Shown: positions 40,248-50,318 of the stretch, piece after piece
How the letters are laid out: the number at the start of each line of letters is the position of its first letter
Numbering within the stretch: position 1 is the stretch's first letter
NCBI GenBank assembly: GCA_040006915.1
Contig: JBDTWD010000006.1
Location: 1,897-65,896 of the forward strand
Length of the DNA: 64,000 bases
Reading direction: 5' to 3'
Origin: Candidatus Woesebacteria bacterium
GTDB taxonomy: Bacteria; Patescibacteriota; Microgenomatia; UBA1400; UBA12028
Notes under the pieces: generated by a model
The model's input: only the letters and a program-made list of their open reading frames with translations
What the model was told of the DNA's origin: nothing
Databases searched by the model: none
Program-made: the position numbers and the translations under genes

Positions 40248-40607
40248 TTACTCTTTTCCTTTTTTACTATTTTCTTTCACTCTGAAAGCCACAATTTTGC
40301 TGATCAAATCAAACGGAATTGGTTTATCCAGAGGAAATTGCAAAGTTCCTTTTCCTGTTTCATACGGCTCTAACTCTTTTTTAAATGCTTCAATACCTGA
40401 GGGGGCTGGATAAAATCCGATATGATTTTTAAATCCTCCAAAGTGTACAAGATTCCCGTTGAGTTTAAAGGTGGCAAGCCCATACGCGATTGCCTCCGTA
40501 GCTTCTGGAGCACCCTTCTTAATTGTCTGTCTTATTTTTTCTAAAAGAACTTGGGTTTCCTTTGGATAACTCTGTATGTATTCATCTATTGAATTGTAGT
40601 TTTTCAT
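40248..40607 (-). CDS. DUF1801 (YdhG-like) protein
   Basis: Family pattern in IDEYIQSYPKETQ..LEKIRQTI. Confidence 0.65.
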   Translation of the reverse strand: MKNYNSIDEYIQSYPKETQVLLEKIRQTIKKGAPEATEAIAYGLATFKLNGNLVHFGGFKNHIGFYPAPSGIEAFKKELEPYETGKGTLQFPLDKPIPFDLISKIVAFRVKENSKKGKE

Positions 40608-40819
40608 ATATGTAACTTCGACTACAAACGTTTCGTTTCCCTCTTTCCATTGTTATACGTATATTCATCTTTCAGTATACTATTCTTCAAACTGAAGAGC
40701 TCATACAAATACGGGACTATCGGATCAGCATCAAATCAATACAACCCTTCTCTGGAGAAGACCTCAAATCTATAGTGGCGTGAATGATTTTGCGGTCTTT
40801 TGACGACTAATTAGGCACC

Positions 40820-41548
40820 ATGAAAAATATACACACCATCACCTCAACCGAATGGCTTACCTACTTTCAAAAGAACACCAGAAACTTGCTTCGTATTCCT
40901 TGGGAGAGTCCATATAAGCTAACTCCGGAGGAAAAAGAGCGAGTGATCGCCTCTGTCCAGCAATTTGAACTCGGGGAGAATGCAGAAGGAAAAACTTTCA
41001 AACGTAAAGCGCTCCCCTTTGCAAAACAACATGACCCTATTTACATGGATGCTTTAGATTTGTTTATCAAAGAGGAACAGCGACACAGTGCGACTCTCAG
41101 GAGATTTTTACAGAAAACCGAACAACCCACTTTAGAGAACCATTGGGTAGATAGTGTCTTTCGTCGTTTACGAAAGCTTTTGGATATTGAAGTTGAAGTG
41201 CTCGTACTACTGACCGCTGAAATCATCGCTATGGTCTACTATGGGCGCTTAAAAGCGGCAACCGATTCACCTGTGCTCCAAACCATCTGTGAACAAATTC
41301 TCTTGGATGAAACCCAACACATTAATTTTCAATCAACTGCCCTCTACAAAATCCGTCGGAATATTTGGTGGATCAGACGACAAGTTTCTCCACTGGTTCA
41401 TGCAACACTTCTCGCTGGAACAGCATGTCTAGTATGGTGGCAACACAACTCGGTGCTTTCGAGTGGAAACTTTTCCTTCCGCAGATTTCTGTATGAAGTC
41501 TATTTAGTGTTTAACAAAAGTCATATGGTTAGTTCTGGAAGAGCGTAG
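40820..41548 (+). CDS. ferritin-like diiron-fold protein
   Basis: Two E..EXXH-like pairs: EEQRH and DETQH. Confidence 0.45.
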   Translation: MKNIHTITSTEWLTYFQKNTRNLLRIPWESPYKLTPEEKERVIASVQQFELGENAEGKTFKRKALPFAKQHDPIYMDALDLFIKEEQRHSATLRRFLQKTEQPTLENHWVDSVFRRLRKLLDIEVEVLVLLTAEIIAMVYYGRLKAATDSPVLQTICEQILLDETQHINFQSTALYKIRRNIWWIRRQVSPLVHATLLAGTACLVWWQHNSVLSSGNFSFRRFLYEVYLVFNKSHMVSSGRA

Positions 41549-41587
41549 GACATCTATTTGATTTGGTTTTTGCTATACTTCCCTGAT

Positions 41588-42628
41588 ATGTCTACTGAAG
41601 AAATGTTGGAAGAAGCAAACCTCCGTTTTAGTTCCGATACCAAAAAAGGATATAGCCGAAAGATTCAGGGAGAATCTCATCTATACTTTGATACGACTGG
41701 ACAAAAAATCACCGACGAAAAAGTCATCGAACGAATTAACAGTCTCGCTATCCCTCCTGCTTGGAAAGAGGTGTGGATCTGTCCAAATAAAAATGGATAT
41801 TTGCAAGCCACTGGCTTTGATAGTAAGGGCAGAAAACAATATCGCTATCATCCACTCTGGGTAGAACTCTCCCAACAAAAAAAGTTTGAGCACATGATCC
41901 TATTTGCCCAAACCCTTCCCAAAATCCGTAACCACATCAAGAAAGTAATGGACGAGAGAGGACTCTCACGAGAAAAAGTTCTGGCTACGGTCATTTGGCT
42001 GCTTGAGAACACTTTGATTCGTGTAGGAAACGAAGAATATGAAGAAGAAAATAAATCATACGGATTAACCACCCTAAAGAATCGGCATGTCGATATTACC
42101 AAAAAAGAGGAAATTCACTTTGCCTTCAAAGGCAAAAGTGGTGTGTATCACAATGTGCATGTGAAAAGTAGAAAAGTGGCCAAGATTATTAAACAGTGTC
42201 AGGAGTTACCAGGCCAAGATTTGTTTGAATATAAAGACGAGAACGGTGATATGCAGGTGGTTTCCTCCCAACACGTAAATGACTATTTACGAGAAATCAC
42301 CAATGAAGATATTAGTGCCAAAAATTTTCGCACTTGGGCAGGCACGATGCTTGCTGCCAAGATGCTAACCAAAACCGGACTCCCCGAGACGGACTCAGCT
42401 ACGAAAAAAAACATTACCAAAGTGGTTAAGAAAGTCTCCCAGCATTTACGCAATCTCCCATCTACTTGTAGAAAATACTATATTCACCCCTCGGTTTTTG
42501 ATGCGTATGCACACGGATATACCTTGTCCAATTTACAAACACATAAAAAGTTTCAAACTTTTGAACGAGTGAAGAGTTTAAATGAAACTGAAAATGGCAT
42601 TATCGGATTGTTGTATTTGTTTGAATAA
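41588..42628 (+). CDS. DNA topoisomerase IB (poxvirus/bacterial type)
   Basis: IRVGNEEY..NKSYGLTTL, catalytic R/K/R/H residues, SAKNFRTWAG, and active-site Tyr context RKYYIHP. ORF could start at 41558. Confidence 0.65.
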   Translation: MSTEEMLEEANLRFSSDTKKGYSRKIQGESHLYFDTTGQKITDEKVIERINSLAIPPAWKEVWICPNKNGYLQATGFDSKGRKQYRYHPLWVELSQQKKFEHMILFAQTLPKIRNHIKKVMDERGLSREKVLATVIWLLENTLIRVGNEEYEEENKSYGLTTLKNRHVDITKKEEIHFAFKGKSGVYHNVHVKSRKVAKIIKQCQELPGQDLFEYKDENGDMQVVSSQHVNDYLREITNEDISAKNFRTWAGTMLAAKMLTKTGLPETDSATKKNITKVVKKVSQHLRNLPSTCRKYYIHPSVFDAYAHGYTLSNLQTHKKFQTFERVKSLNETENGIIGLLYLFE

Positions 42629-42637
42629 GGGGGAAAC

Positions 42638-43339
42638 CTACTCCGAGCTTTTATATAATTTATAAAAAATCAAGAGGTGCTGGATTAGTAGTACCGTTAT
42701 AAACCACCAAAAACCGGCGATATACCCTGCCACAACATCTGTAAAATAATGGACTCCCAAATAAACCCTACTAAAACCAATCATTCCTACCAGCACTACA
42801 GCAACGATCGACATCAGGATTGTTAGACTTTTTTTATGAAAAAAATGATACGAAAAGTATACAAGCAATGCATAGAAAATAAACGAATTCATCGCATGAC
42901 CGGAAGGGAAACTATATGAGTGTTCGACAACCAACGGAGAAATATTTGGACGTGGTCGTTGATACAAAAGTTTAAATGTATTGTTTAGGATCAATCCCAT
43001 GAGTAAAACTAAACAAAACAATACTGCCTCTATGCGGTGTTTTTTCATTAAAAAGATAACACTCACCAATCCTGCCAACGCTAAACAAATATTATCACCG
43101 AATGAAGAAACAAACTCCATGAACGAGGTCATACTTGGGGTCCTCAGAGAGAATACAAGCATCGATATTTTCATATCGATTTGAGCAAAATCCGTTTCTG
43201 CAATTTCTCGAGCAAAATAGACAAAAAGTAGAAGAGAACATACGCATAACCCTACAGCCAAAATAATCTTACCTGTCGCAATAAATGCTCGAGTTGAGCT
43301 TAATGAAAATGTCGATATCTGTTGTAGAAATGTAAGCAT
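42638..43339 (-). CDS. PAP2-family membrane phosphatase
   Basis: Motifs SFPSGHA and SRVYLGVHYFTDV. Confidence 0.75.
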   Translation of the reverse strand: MLTFLQQISTFSLSSTRAFIATGKIILAVGLCVCSLLLFVYFAREIAETDFAQIDMKISMLVFSLRTPSMTSFMEFVSSFGDNICLALAGLVSVIFLMKKHRIEAVLFCLVLLMGLILNNTFKLLYQRPRPNISPLVVEHSYSFPSGHAMNSFIFYALLVYFSYHFFHKKSLTILMSIVAVVLVGMIGFSRVYLGVHYFTDVVAGYIAGFWWFITVLLIQHLLIFYKLYKSSE

Positions 43340-43360
43340 TTTGGAAACAATGGACCGATA

Positions 43361-44041
43361 TTAATGACAGGAAAATATGTCCGTTGGAATTCCGATGATT
43401 GTCCCGAGATTCCAACCATCGTGACGAGCTAAGAATAAATGTCCACAGACACTGGTCCCACGAGCCCCTCCTAAAGAGATAACTTTTTCATAGTCCGCAA
43501 CTGCTTGTTGTCTGTCAATCTCAAAATAATAATTGTGAATGTCACCTCTATTCATAAGCGCTTGAATATAATTAGGATTTAAAATAATTGCTTGATCTAA
43601 ATCCGGTAAAGCCTGAGCATAGTTTCGCATCCGCATGAAAGTATAGGCTCGATTATTGTAGGCTTGAGGATAATTTGGGTTAAGCGAAATAGCCATCGTA
43701 TAGTCATCAATTGCTTTCCCACAATCTCCTGTATCGTAGTCATAATTCCCCTGAGCAAAATAATCCATTGCGGTTTTTAATTCTGCGGGAGGATACGAAG
43801 TTGTCGCGTGATACGTACCACATTGGAGATCAGGAGCTCGTGATCCTCTATACATCGCCACAACCAGCAAACTTATCAGAATCAATGCGATGACCATCGC
43901 AACTATGAAAGCTTTTTGCTTTGCATCTTTGCGTTTTTTGTCTCGATTCAGATATCGAAATGAGAAGTAATAGGCCAGCTTTGCCATGATAGCAATGAAA
44001 AAAAGAAAGATCAGAAGCTTCATATCTCTAAATTGTAGCAC
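43361..44041 (-). CDS. TPR-repeat protein with N-terminal TM anchor
   Basis: Repeats AISLNPNYPQAYNNRAY and AIILNPNYIQALMNRG. Confidence 0.65.
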   Translation of the reverse strand: MLQFRDMKLLIFLFFIAIMAKLAYYFSFRYLNRDKKRKDAKQKAFIVAMVIALILISLLVVAMYRGSRAPDLQCGTYHATTSYPPAELKTAMDYFAQGNYDYDTGDCGKAIDDYTMAISLNPNYPQAYNNRAYTFMRMRNYAQALPDLDQAIILNPNYIQALMNRGDIHNYYFEIDRQQAVADYEKVISLGGARGTSVCGHLFLARHDGWNLGTIIGIPTDIFSCH

Positions 44042-44054
44042 TCATGAAGATATG

Positions 44055-44513
44055 TCAATCGACCTCGATATCAAAATTATACGCATCAATTTCACTGGTG
44101 CGTAGAGTTCGGTAGAAAGCAATAGCTCCGCTATCAACTTTGTCGGCTTGAACAAAGATCACATACGCTCCACGCTCTCTGGCAATGTTTTTTAAGGTCT
44201 CAAAGAGTTTGGTCGCCACACCTCGGCGCTGATAGGCAGCCGAAACGGCTAGATCATAGACGTAGAGCTCACGACGTTTCTGCTCAAACTTTTGGAGCTC
44301 ATAGGCCACCAAACCACCGATAACCTGTCCTTCCTCGTTTTCAGCCACCAAAACCAGATGTGAGGTATCACGAAGAAAATCTTCAAGATACTTTTCATCA
44401 GGAACGGCACCCTGATATGAAGATTCATCCTCAAAGACCTGAGCGAATAATTTGAGCAGATCATGAAAAAGTCGAATATCCTGTGGTGCGAGTTGTGTAT
44501 ATGTATAGTTCAT
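44055..44513 (-). CDS. GNAT-family N-acetyltransferase
   Basis: Motif A YQRRGVATKLF. Confidence 0.8.
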   Translation of the reverse strand: MNYTYTQLAPQDIRLFHDLLKLFAQVFEDESSYQGAVPDEKYLEDFLRDTSHLVLVAENEEGQVIGGLVAYELQKFEQKRRELYVYDLAVSAAYQRRGVATKLFETLKNIARERGAYVIFVQADKVDSGAIAFYRTLRTSEIDAYNFDIEVD

Positions 44514-44514
44514 C

Positions 44515-44748
44515 TTATTCTTTCCGTAACTCGCTTAAAGTATAGTCCCACTCCTCAAGTTTTTCTTTCAGAGCGGTTCTGGTATCATCGATCGCTTTGT
44601 TGTAGATGCTTGGGCCAATGTTTTGAAGGCAAAAATCCAAGATGTCATTAGCGGCAATGACTCCAACTTCTTCATTCCGTTCATCCAAAAAATATGCCGT
44701 TATCTCTTTGAGGGCTTTTTCTCTATCTTCTTTGGAAAGGAGGTCGTT
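44515..44748 (-). CDS. DUF2164 protein
   Basis: Family pattern ITAYFLDERNEEVGVIAANDILDF; start could be 44802. Confidence 0.5.
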   Translation of the reverse strand, partial: NDLLSKEDREKALKEITAYFLDERNEEVGVIAANDILDFCLQNIGPSIYNKAIDDTRTALKEKLEEWDYTLSELRKE

Positions 44749-44808
44749 CATAAAAGGAATAGTAAATACCTTAGGGTGAATATGGAATATCTTTTTGTTC
44801 ACTAAATA

Positions 44809-45222
44809 CTAAGCCTTTTTCCCTGTAATGTTGACCAACCAGTGAATGCCGACCTTATCAGTCAACATACCGAAGGTATCACCCCATGGAGCTTGTACGA
44901 GTGGTTGTTCAATAGTGGCTCCAACTGATAGTTTCTCCCAGTATCCTTTAAGTAAGGACTCATCATCTCCACTTAAAGACATACTCACATTTGTTCCCGG
45001 CTTATACTCCATGTGGTTTGGAGTATCCGAAGCCATAAATACAATATCGTTGTCTCCCGTAAGCATTGCATGCATGATTTTATTCTCTTCACTAGGATCA
45101 ACAGGAGCACCACCGTCTTTAAAGGTGGACAGATCAAGTTTGCCACCAAAGACAGTTTTATAAAATTCCATTGCTTCACGGGCGTTGTCTTTAAAGTTAA
45201 TGTATGGGTTTAATCGTGTCAT
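44809..45222 (-). CDS. VOC-family protein (PhnB-like)
   Basis: MTRLNPYINF..AMEFYKTVFGG..GDTFGMLTDKVGIHW. Confidence 0.7.
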   Translation of the reverse strand: MTRLNPYINFKDNAREAMEFYKTVFGGKLDLSTFKDGGAPVDPSEENKIMHAMLTGDNDIVFMASDTPNHMEYKPGTNVSMSLSGDDESLLKGYWEKLSVGATIEQPLVQAPWGDTFGMLTDKVGIHWLVNITGKKA

Positions 45223-45432
45223 ATAGTTCCCTTTCAAGGTATCTGGTATGAGACTAGTATAACAAAAGGTTAAAAAACATTCACGTCATTAGGTTTCACT
45301 GCCAGCTGTCGACCAGAGAAAAGTTGGTTCAAAATCTAAACCTGAATAAATCATATTTCCAGAGCAGATATATCATCTTACAATTTTGAAGCTCAACACC
45401 GTTCCGAAACACTGTATTACGATATTTATATA

Positions 45433-45461
45433 TTGACAAACGATAAATAATAGGATAATAT
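45433..45461 (+). promoter_or_regulatory. sigma70 promoter (TTGACA-17 bp-TAATAT)
   Basis: Near-consensus -35 at 45433-45438 and -10 at 45456-45461, 32 nt upstream of the DUF2975 gene ATG. Confidence 0.5.
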
Positions 45462-45493
45462 ATAGAAATCACTCTATAAATGAGGGTCTTTAT

Positions 45494-45970
45494 ATGAAAC
45501 GTGGTTCAACAATATTCTTAAAGACAGTGCTCTGTCTTATCGCTGTCGGCACACTAGCTGGGATGCTCTGGTTTCCTCAAACTGAAGGAAGAGCTGCAAA
45601 CCTAGATCTCATCAGTATTTATGCTGACCCGATTATTATCTATATGTATATTGCTTCAATTCCATTTTTTGTTGGATTATATCAAGCATTCAAATTATTA
45701 AACTTCATTGATGCTAATAAAGCCTTTTCCCAAGGGGCCGTCAATACACTTAGGAATATGAAACTTGCTTCTCTTGTTCTTATCGGTTTTATTGTATTAG
45801 GACTGTTTTACATCCGTTTCTTTGCGCATGGTGACGACCCAGCAGGCCCAACAATGCTCGGATTTATTGTATCTTTCGCGGTCGCTGTTATTGCAACAGC
45901 AGCTGCTGTTTTTGAAAAACTTTTCCAAAATGCCGTCGATATGAAATCAGAAAACGACTTAACAGTCTAA
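45494..45970 (+). CDS. DUF2975 membrane protein
   Basis: Four TM helices. Immediately followed by a YozG-type HTH gene, the usual pairing for this family. Confidence 0.55.
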   Translation: MKRGSTIFLKTVLCLIAVGTLAGMLWFPQTEGRAANLDLISIYADPIIIYMYIASIPFFVGLYQAFKLLNFIDANKAFSQGAVNTLRNMKLASLVLIGFIVLGLFYIRFFAHGDDPAGPTMLGFIVSFAVAVIATAAAVFEKLFQNAVDMKSENDLTV

Positions 45971-45979
45971 AGGAATTAT

Positions 45980-46180
45980 ATGGCAATCGTAATCAACATC
46001 GATGTGATGCTCGCCAAACGGAAAATGAGCGTCACCGAACTTACCGAAAAGGTTGGCATTACTATGGCAAATCTTTCTATCTTAAAAAATGGAAAGGCAA
46101 AAGCCATTCGTTTCTCAACCTTAGAGGCGATTTGTAAAGCTTTAGCTTGTCAGCCTGGAGATATTTTGGAATATAAATAA
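45980..46180 (+). CDS. XRE-family HTH regulator (YozG-like)
   Basis: MAIVINIDVMLAKRKMSVTELTEKVGITMANLSILKNGKAKAIRFSTLEAICKAL. Confidence 0.75.
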   Translation: MAIVINIDVMLAKRKMSVTELTEKVGITMANLSILKNGKAKAIRFSTLEAICKALACQPGDILEYK

Positions 46181-46253
46181 TTCTATTCATTTTTTTAAGA
46201 ACCTGTTTTATTTCCCTCTACAATGATAAGATTTTCTAAAGGAGATAAGAAAT

Positions 46254-46490
46254 ATGAAAACAATGACATGTAAACAAATGGGTGGACCGTGCGACGTTGC
46301 AATGCATGGAAATACTGCCGATGACGTAATAAAGGCTGGAGAGCAACATATTAACGAGATGGTAGCCAAGGGAGATGAGTCTCATCAGACAGCGGCCCAA
46401 AGAATGGCAGATATGCGTCAAAATCCGGCATCAGGTATGGAATGGTATCAAAAGACACAAGCTGATTTTGCCGCCCTTCCAGAAGACTGA
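46254..46490 (+). CDS. DUF1059 protein
   Basis: CKQMGGPCDV..HGNTADDV..EH pattern. Confidence 0.6.
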   Translation: MKTMTCKQMGGPCDVAMHGNTADDVIKAGEQHINEMVAKGDESHQTAAQRMADMRQNPASGMEWYQKTQADFAALPED

Positions 46491-46494
46491 ACTA

Positions 46495-47061
46495 TCAGGA
46501 AGATTCTTCTTTCGCTATTTTATTCAGTATATTTAGCAATTTAGTTGTCGTATTCCAATTGCGGATCGTCATGGAATTATACATTGGTGTGCCAACGATT
46601 TTACCTAATCGGCTTTTGGTACGCAAAGAACCGAGCCTCTGGGAGTAGATGACTCCATTCCCTGGCCAAACTTTGTCGACTCCTTCTCGGGGATCAAAAA
46701 CTGACATAGCTTGAGCAGAATCAATATCCATGAGAAAAATGGTATCGCTGTAATATTTTTCTGGCTGATTCCCAAAGCCTTTCGGTCGTTTATCGACAAT
46801 GGCTTGGAGCTGTTTGGTCGTCAAGGTTAATACTTTGATGATCGAGCTATCCAGCTTAAACCTTTTTGGCAAACTTCTTTCAATCTGTTGACTTACTGTT
46901 TTTGCATCAAGTTTTGATTGCACGATCACGTTTCCGCTTTGAATATAGGTCAGAACATTCACAAAACCCTGTTCTTCCAAGAACAGCTTAAGCTGCGCCA
47001 TTGGCATTTTATTTTTACCACCAACATTTATGCCACGTAGAAGTATCAAATAAGTATTCAT
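46495..47061 (-). CDS. DUF1697 protein
   Basis: LILLRGINVGGKNK N-terminus. Confidence 0.7.
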   Translation of the reverse strand: MNTYLILLRGINVGGKNKMPMAQLKLFLEEQGFVNVLTYIQSGNVIVQSKLDAKTVSQQIERSLPKRFKLDSSIIKVLTLTTKQLQAIVDKRPKGFGNQPEKYYSDTIFLMDIDSAQAMSVFDPREGVDKVWPGNGVIYSQRLGSLRTKSRLGKIVGTPMYNSMTIRNWNTTTKLLNILNKIAKEESS

Positions 47062-47139
47062 TTCTTTCCATTATACTTGAAAAAATTGCAAGAAAAAGAA
47101 TTTCAGAAATCCTAGCGCAATTCTGTTCTCTCTGAAACC

Positions 47140-47622
47140 CTAGCCAGCAAATGCCTTTTCTAGGTCAGAAATAATCAACTTTTTCATAGGCATGAAAACT
47201 TCAAAAACTCGTTTGCGTTGCTCCTCAGATCCCTTTAACATTTCTGCTAGAACTTTGGGAACAATTTGCCAAGACAAACCATATTTATCTTGTAGCCAAC
47301 CACATTGTTCAGATGCTGGAACCGCTGATAATTTTCCCCAATAGTAGTCAATCTCTTCTTGATCTTTACACTCTACCGAAAAGGAAATTGAGGGGTTGAA
47401 ACTAAATTCTGGTCCAGCGTTGATCGCAATAAAGCGTGTGCCTAAAAGTTCAAAATCAATTGTCAGTAGATCACCTTTTTTATGACCAGTAACTTCTGGA
47501 GATACATCACTATAATAATCTTTACTTAAGATTTTGGCGTCTTTAAAAACAGACAGATAGAAATCAATTGCTTCTTGAGCATTATTGTTGAACCAAAGAT
47601 TAGGGGTAATTTGCTGTGACAT
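47140..47622 (-). CDS. VOC-family protein (PhnB-like)
   Basis: TPNLWFNNNAQEAIDFY..YGLSWQIVP. Confidence 0.7.
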   Translation of the reverse strand: MSQQITPNLWFNNNAQEAIDFYLSVFKDAKILSKDYYSDVSPEVTGHKKGDLLTIDFELLGTRFIAINAGPEFSFNPSISFSVECKDQEEIDYYWGKLSAVPASEQCGWLQDKYGLSWQIVPKVLAEMLKGSEEQRKRVFEVFMPMKKLIISDLEKAFAG

Positions 47623-47783
47623 ATTTTTACATTATCCTTCCTGAATACTATAGTATTACATCATAAATAAATATGTTGTTTGAAATGAATATACTTTACT
47701 ATAAAGCTCCCAGTACTAAACAACTTTAAATATTTGGTATGGAATTGATGTGAAAATCTAACTCAAATCAGAAATAGTTACTA

Positions 47784-48104
47784 CTACTCGGCATGAGAGT
47801 TTTTCCGTCGTTTGTTGAGCACTGCTTGAACCGAAGGACTGATTGGCTTATCTGTGCGATGAATACAGCCCAACCAGCAACATGGCCGGCGTTTCCCCTC
47901 TTTAAGTTCCTTGATCAGCCTCTCGCTATGCTCCTTTCTCGTTTCCGCTTTCTTGACGAACGTGACCCAGCAAATCCATTCATTGCGCGCCAAAGGCGTC
48001 AGATCCTCCCAAGCTGCATGGGCTTTCGGGTCAGCTGTTAAAGCTTCCCGCACATCCGTCGGAACTTTATGCACCACTCCGCTTGAAATGACTGTATTGG
48101 CCAT
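47784..48104 (-). CDS. YdeI/OmpD-associated family protein
   Basis: Family pattern AWEDLTPLARNEWICWV. Confidence 0.6.
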   Translation of the reverse strand: MANTVISSGVVHKVPTDVREALTADPKAHAAWEDLTPLARNEWICWVTFVKKAETRKEHSERLIKELKEGKRRPCCWLGCIHRTDKPISPSVQAVLNKRRKNSHAE

Positions 48105-48108
48105 ATAC

Positions 48109-48459
48109 TTATTTCCTCAGAATCTTCTCCATAGCTTTTCCTTTTGCTAACTCATCGATCAGTTTATCTAAATAACGAATTTCTCGCATCGTGGGCTCGG
48201 TGATATCTTCTACTCTAACACCACAAATTACCCCTGTAATCAGAGTCCTGGAGGGGTTCAGCCGAGGAGCTTTCGCAAAGAAGGTTTCAAAGTCTGTCTG
48301 TTTTTCTAGTTGTACTTCAAATTCTTTTTGCGTAAATCCCGTTAACCAACATATTATCTCATCGACTTCCTTTTGGGTTCGTCCTTTTTTCTCGGCTTTC
48401 GCGACATAATACGGGTAGACACTTGCAACGCTCGCGGTATAAATTCGATGTTTGAGCAT
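48109..48459 (-). CDS. DUF2200 protein
   Basis: Family pattern [31 protein letters not shown]. Confidence 0.6.
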   Translation of the reverse strand: MLKHRIYTASVASVYPYYVAKAEKKGRTQKEVDEIICWLTGFTQKEFEVQLEKQTDFETFFAKAPRLNPSRTLITGVICGVRVEDITEPTMREIRYLDKLIDELAKGKAMEKILRK

Positions 48460-48490
48460 GCTGAAATTGTAGCAGAAGTCAGGACTTGTT

Positions 48491-48919
48491 TTAGCTATTC
48501 TTCTTTTTCATGTACTGAAACGAAGTCTGTATGAGTTTTTCTAAAACCGTTTGGTCTACGTCAGAAAGTTTGTTGATATACAAACATCCACCCATACCAC
48601 TACTTGTTGTATGCTTACCCAATTTTTCTAGCAGGACAGTACTGTCATTATTACCGTGCATAATATAGAGTGTAAGATTTTGTTTTCGTGGAGAGAATCC
48701 CACTAGAAACCAATCTCCTTCCTGTGCACTTTTTTCTGATTTATAATGATATTTCCCAAAGCCCACGATACTTGTTCCCCACATCACTGGCCTTTCTCCT
48801 GTAACTTTCTTAAACATCTCCAGAAGAGCTAAGCCGTCCTTCTTTTTTTCCTCTGGTTTAATAGTATCGAGAAAATCTTTAGGATTTTGGTTTGTAATGA
48901 GTGTTTTTGGTGCTGCCAT
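48491..48919 (-). CDS. DUF1801 (YdhG-like) protein, second paralogue
   Basis: Family pattern; 142 aa. Confidence 0.65.
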   Translation of the reverse strand: MAAPKTLITNQNPKDFLDTIKPEEKKKDGLALLEMFKKVTGERPVMWGTSIVGFGKYHYKSEKSAQEGDWFLVGFSPRKQNLTLYIMHGNNDSTVLLEKLGKHTTSSGMGGCLYINKLSDVDQTVLEKLIQTSFQYMKKKNS

Positions 48920-48992
48920 AGAGAAATTATATCAGATTTGATATTTATCTTGGAAATGACTGATTATCAAAAACTATTCCGTCGAGTAGTTA

Positions 48993-49205
48993 TCATTTAG
49001 ACTCTTCTTCATGCATTTTATGAATAAAGTTCACTCTATGTTTTTTGGTTAATAGTTTAATTGCGTATGTTTCCAGCTCCTGATTAGATGATGTTACTTT
49101 AAATGCATTTTCCCAATAGTTCACTTCAAGATCAATGGTATTCCCTTGCTCGTCAACTGCGATATAGCTTGCCTTGTTTAAGTAAAACTGTGTAATTCTG
49201 TTCAT
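48993..49205 (-). CDS. hypothetical small protein
   Basis: 70 aa, no motif. Confidence 0.3.
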   Translation of the reverse strand: MNRITQFYLNKASYIAVDEQGNTIDLEVNYWENAFKVTSSNQELETYAIKLLTKKHRVNFIHKMHEEESK

Positions 49206-49224
49206 ATTGTTTCCTTATAGAAAT

Positions 49225-49246
49225 AAAAAAGCCCCCGGTTGGGAGC
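49225..49246 (-). terminator. rho-independent terminator (minus strand)
   Basis: Minus-strand sequence GCTCCC-AACC-GGGGGC followed by TTTTTT. Confidence 0.45.
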
Positions 49247-49259
49247 CTATTCAAAATAC

Positions 49260-49288
49260 AAAAAATGCTCCCGTTAAGTAAAGGAGCT
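49260..49288 (-). terminator. second tandem rho-independent terminator (minus strand)
   Basis: Minus-strand GCTCC-11 nt loop-GGGAGC followed by ATTTTTT. Confidence 0.4.
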
Positions 49289-49496
49289 GCAACAAGTATT
49301 CTTTTGGATGTTGAATTTCATGGCACTATGATATCCCTAATGTTAGAAACAAACAACAACAAAGTAGGTGAAGTATTAAAAAGAGGTCTGAGCATAAACT
49401 GCACCACCTAATAGAAAATGTCAGAACCTATTTATTACCTCAGGAATTAGGTTTCCTTGAAGATTTTGGACTGGGAACAATGTTTGAAAGACTATT

Positions 49497-49925
49497 TCAT
49501 TTCGCAGGCGAAAATTCAATGATCCACTCAATACCGTATTTATCTCGAAACATACCCGCATATGAGCCCCATGGACTGTCTCCTGTAGATCCTTCAACTT
49601 CTCCTCCAGCCGAAAGGCCAGAGAATAATCTATCCACCTCTTCTTTACTTTCTGTACTTACCAAAATTTTGCTTCGATTTTCATGTTCATTTACTCGCCC
49701 CAAAACTTCCGGAACATCATTGGCGATCAGCATAGTGCTGTTACCAATTGGTAAAGCAATATACATTATTTTATTTTCTTCTTTTTCTGGCACGGGAAAT
49801 TCATCGGTTGCGATATCTTTGAAACGCACCACTTTCGCAAAATCTCCACCAAAAACAGATTTATAAAACGTAAATGCCTCTTGCGCATTACCGTTGAAGT
49901 TAATCCAAGTATTTATTGTAGCCAT
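49497..49925 (-). CDS. VOC-family protein (PhnB-like)
   Basis: MATINTWINFNGNAQEAFTFYKSVFGG..RDKYGIEWII. Confidence 0.7.
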   Translation of the reverse strand: MATINTWINFNGNAQEAFTFYKSVFGGDFAKVVRFKDIATDEFPVPEKEENKIMYIALPIGNSTMLIANDVPEVLGRVNEHENRSKILVSTESKEEVDRLFSGLSAGGEVEGSTGDSPWGSYAGMFRDKYGIEWIIEFSPAK

Positions 49926-49951
49926 ACAGTAAGTATAACGAATTTATGTAT

Positions 49952-50143
49952 TTAGTACGCTTTTGTCGCGCCGTTTTTTAATGCTTTTTCAGCATTGTCT
50001 TTAGACATCATTGCACAGACAACGGTTCCGCACTTCTCATGCTTCCCTTTGGCCATGAAACCACCTTTTTTAGTTTGGTGAATCTCTGGTGCTGACAATT
50101 CAACGCCTTTTTCCTTACATTTAACGCAATATCCTGTAACCAT
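49952..50143 (-). CDS. small zinc-ribbon-like protein
   Basis: 63 aa; CVKCK..C..C pattern. Confidence 0.4.
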   Translation of the reverse strand: MVTGYCVKCKEKGVELSAPEIHQTKKGGFMAKGKHEKCGTVVCAMMSKDNAEKALKNGATKAY

Positions 50144-50318
50144 ATCTGTCTCCCTTTAAATTAATTGTAAATTATAGATCTTGTTGCATTATACCGCATT
50201 TTAGGGTGATCCATACCTTAAAGGTAAGAAAGTACGAACTTGTAAACAATTACAGGAGCTTTCACCTCTAGCAACTTCGGAACATTCCGCAAAAAACCCA
50301 TGACTGTGGTTTGTATCT

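Noticed and set aside
50160-50318. Possible second tRNA or an integrase attachment repeat next to the tRNA-Asn
   Set aside because: No second T-loop / acceptor pattern, and no duplicate of the tRNA 3' end, was seen by eye. A proper repeat search was not possible.
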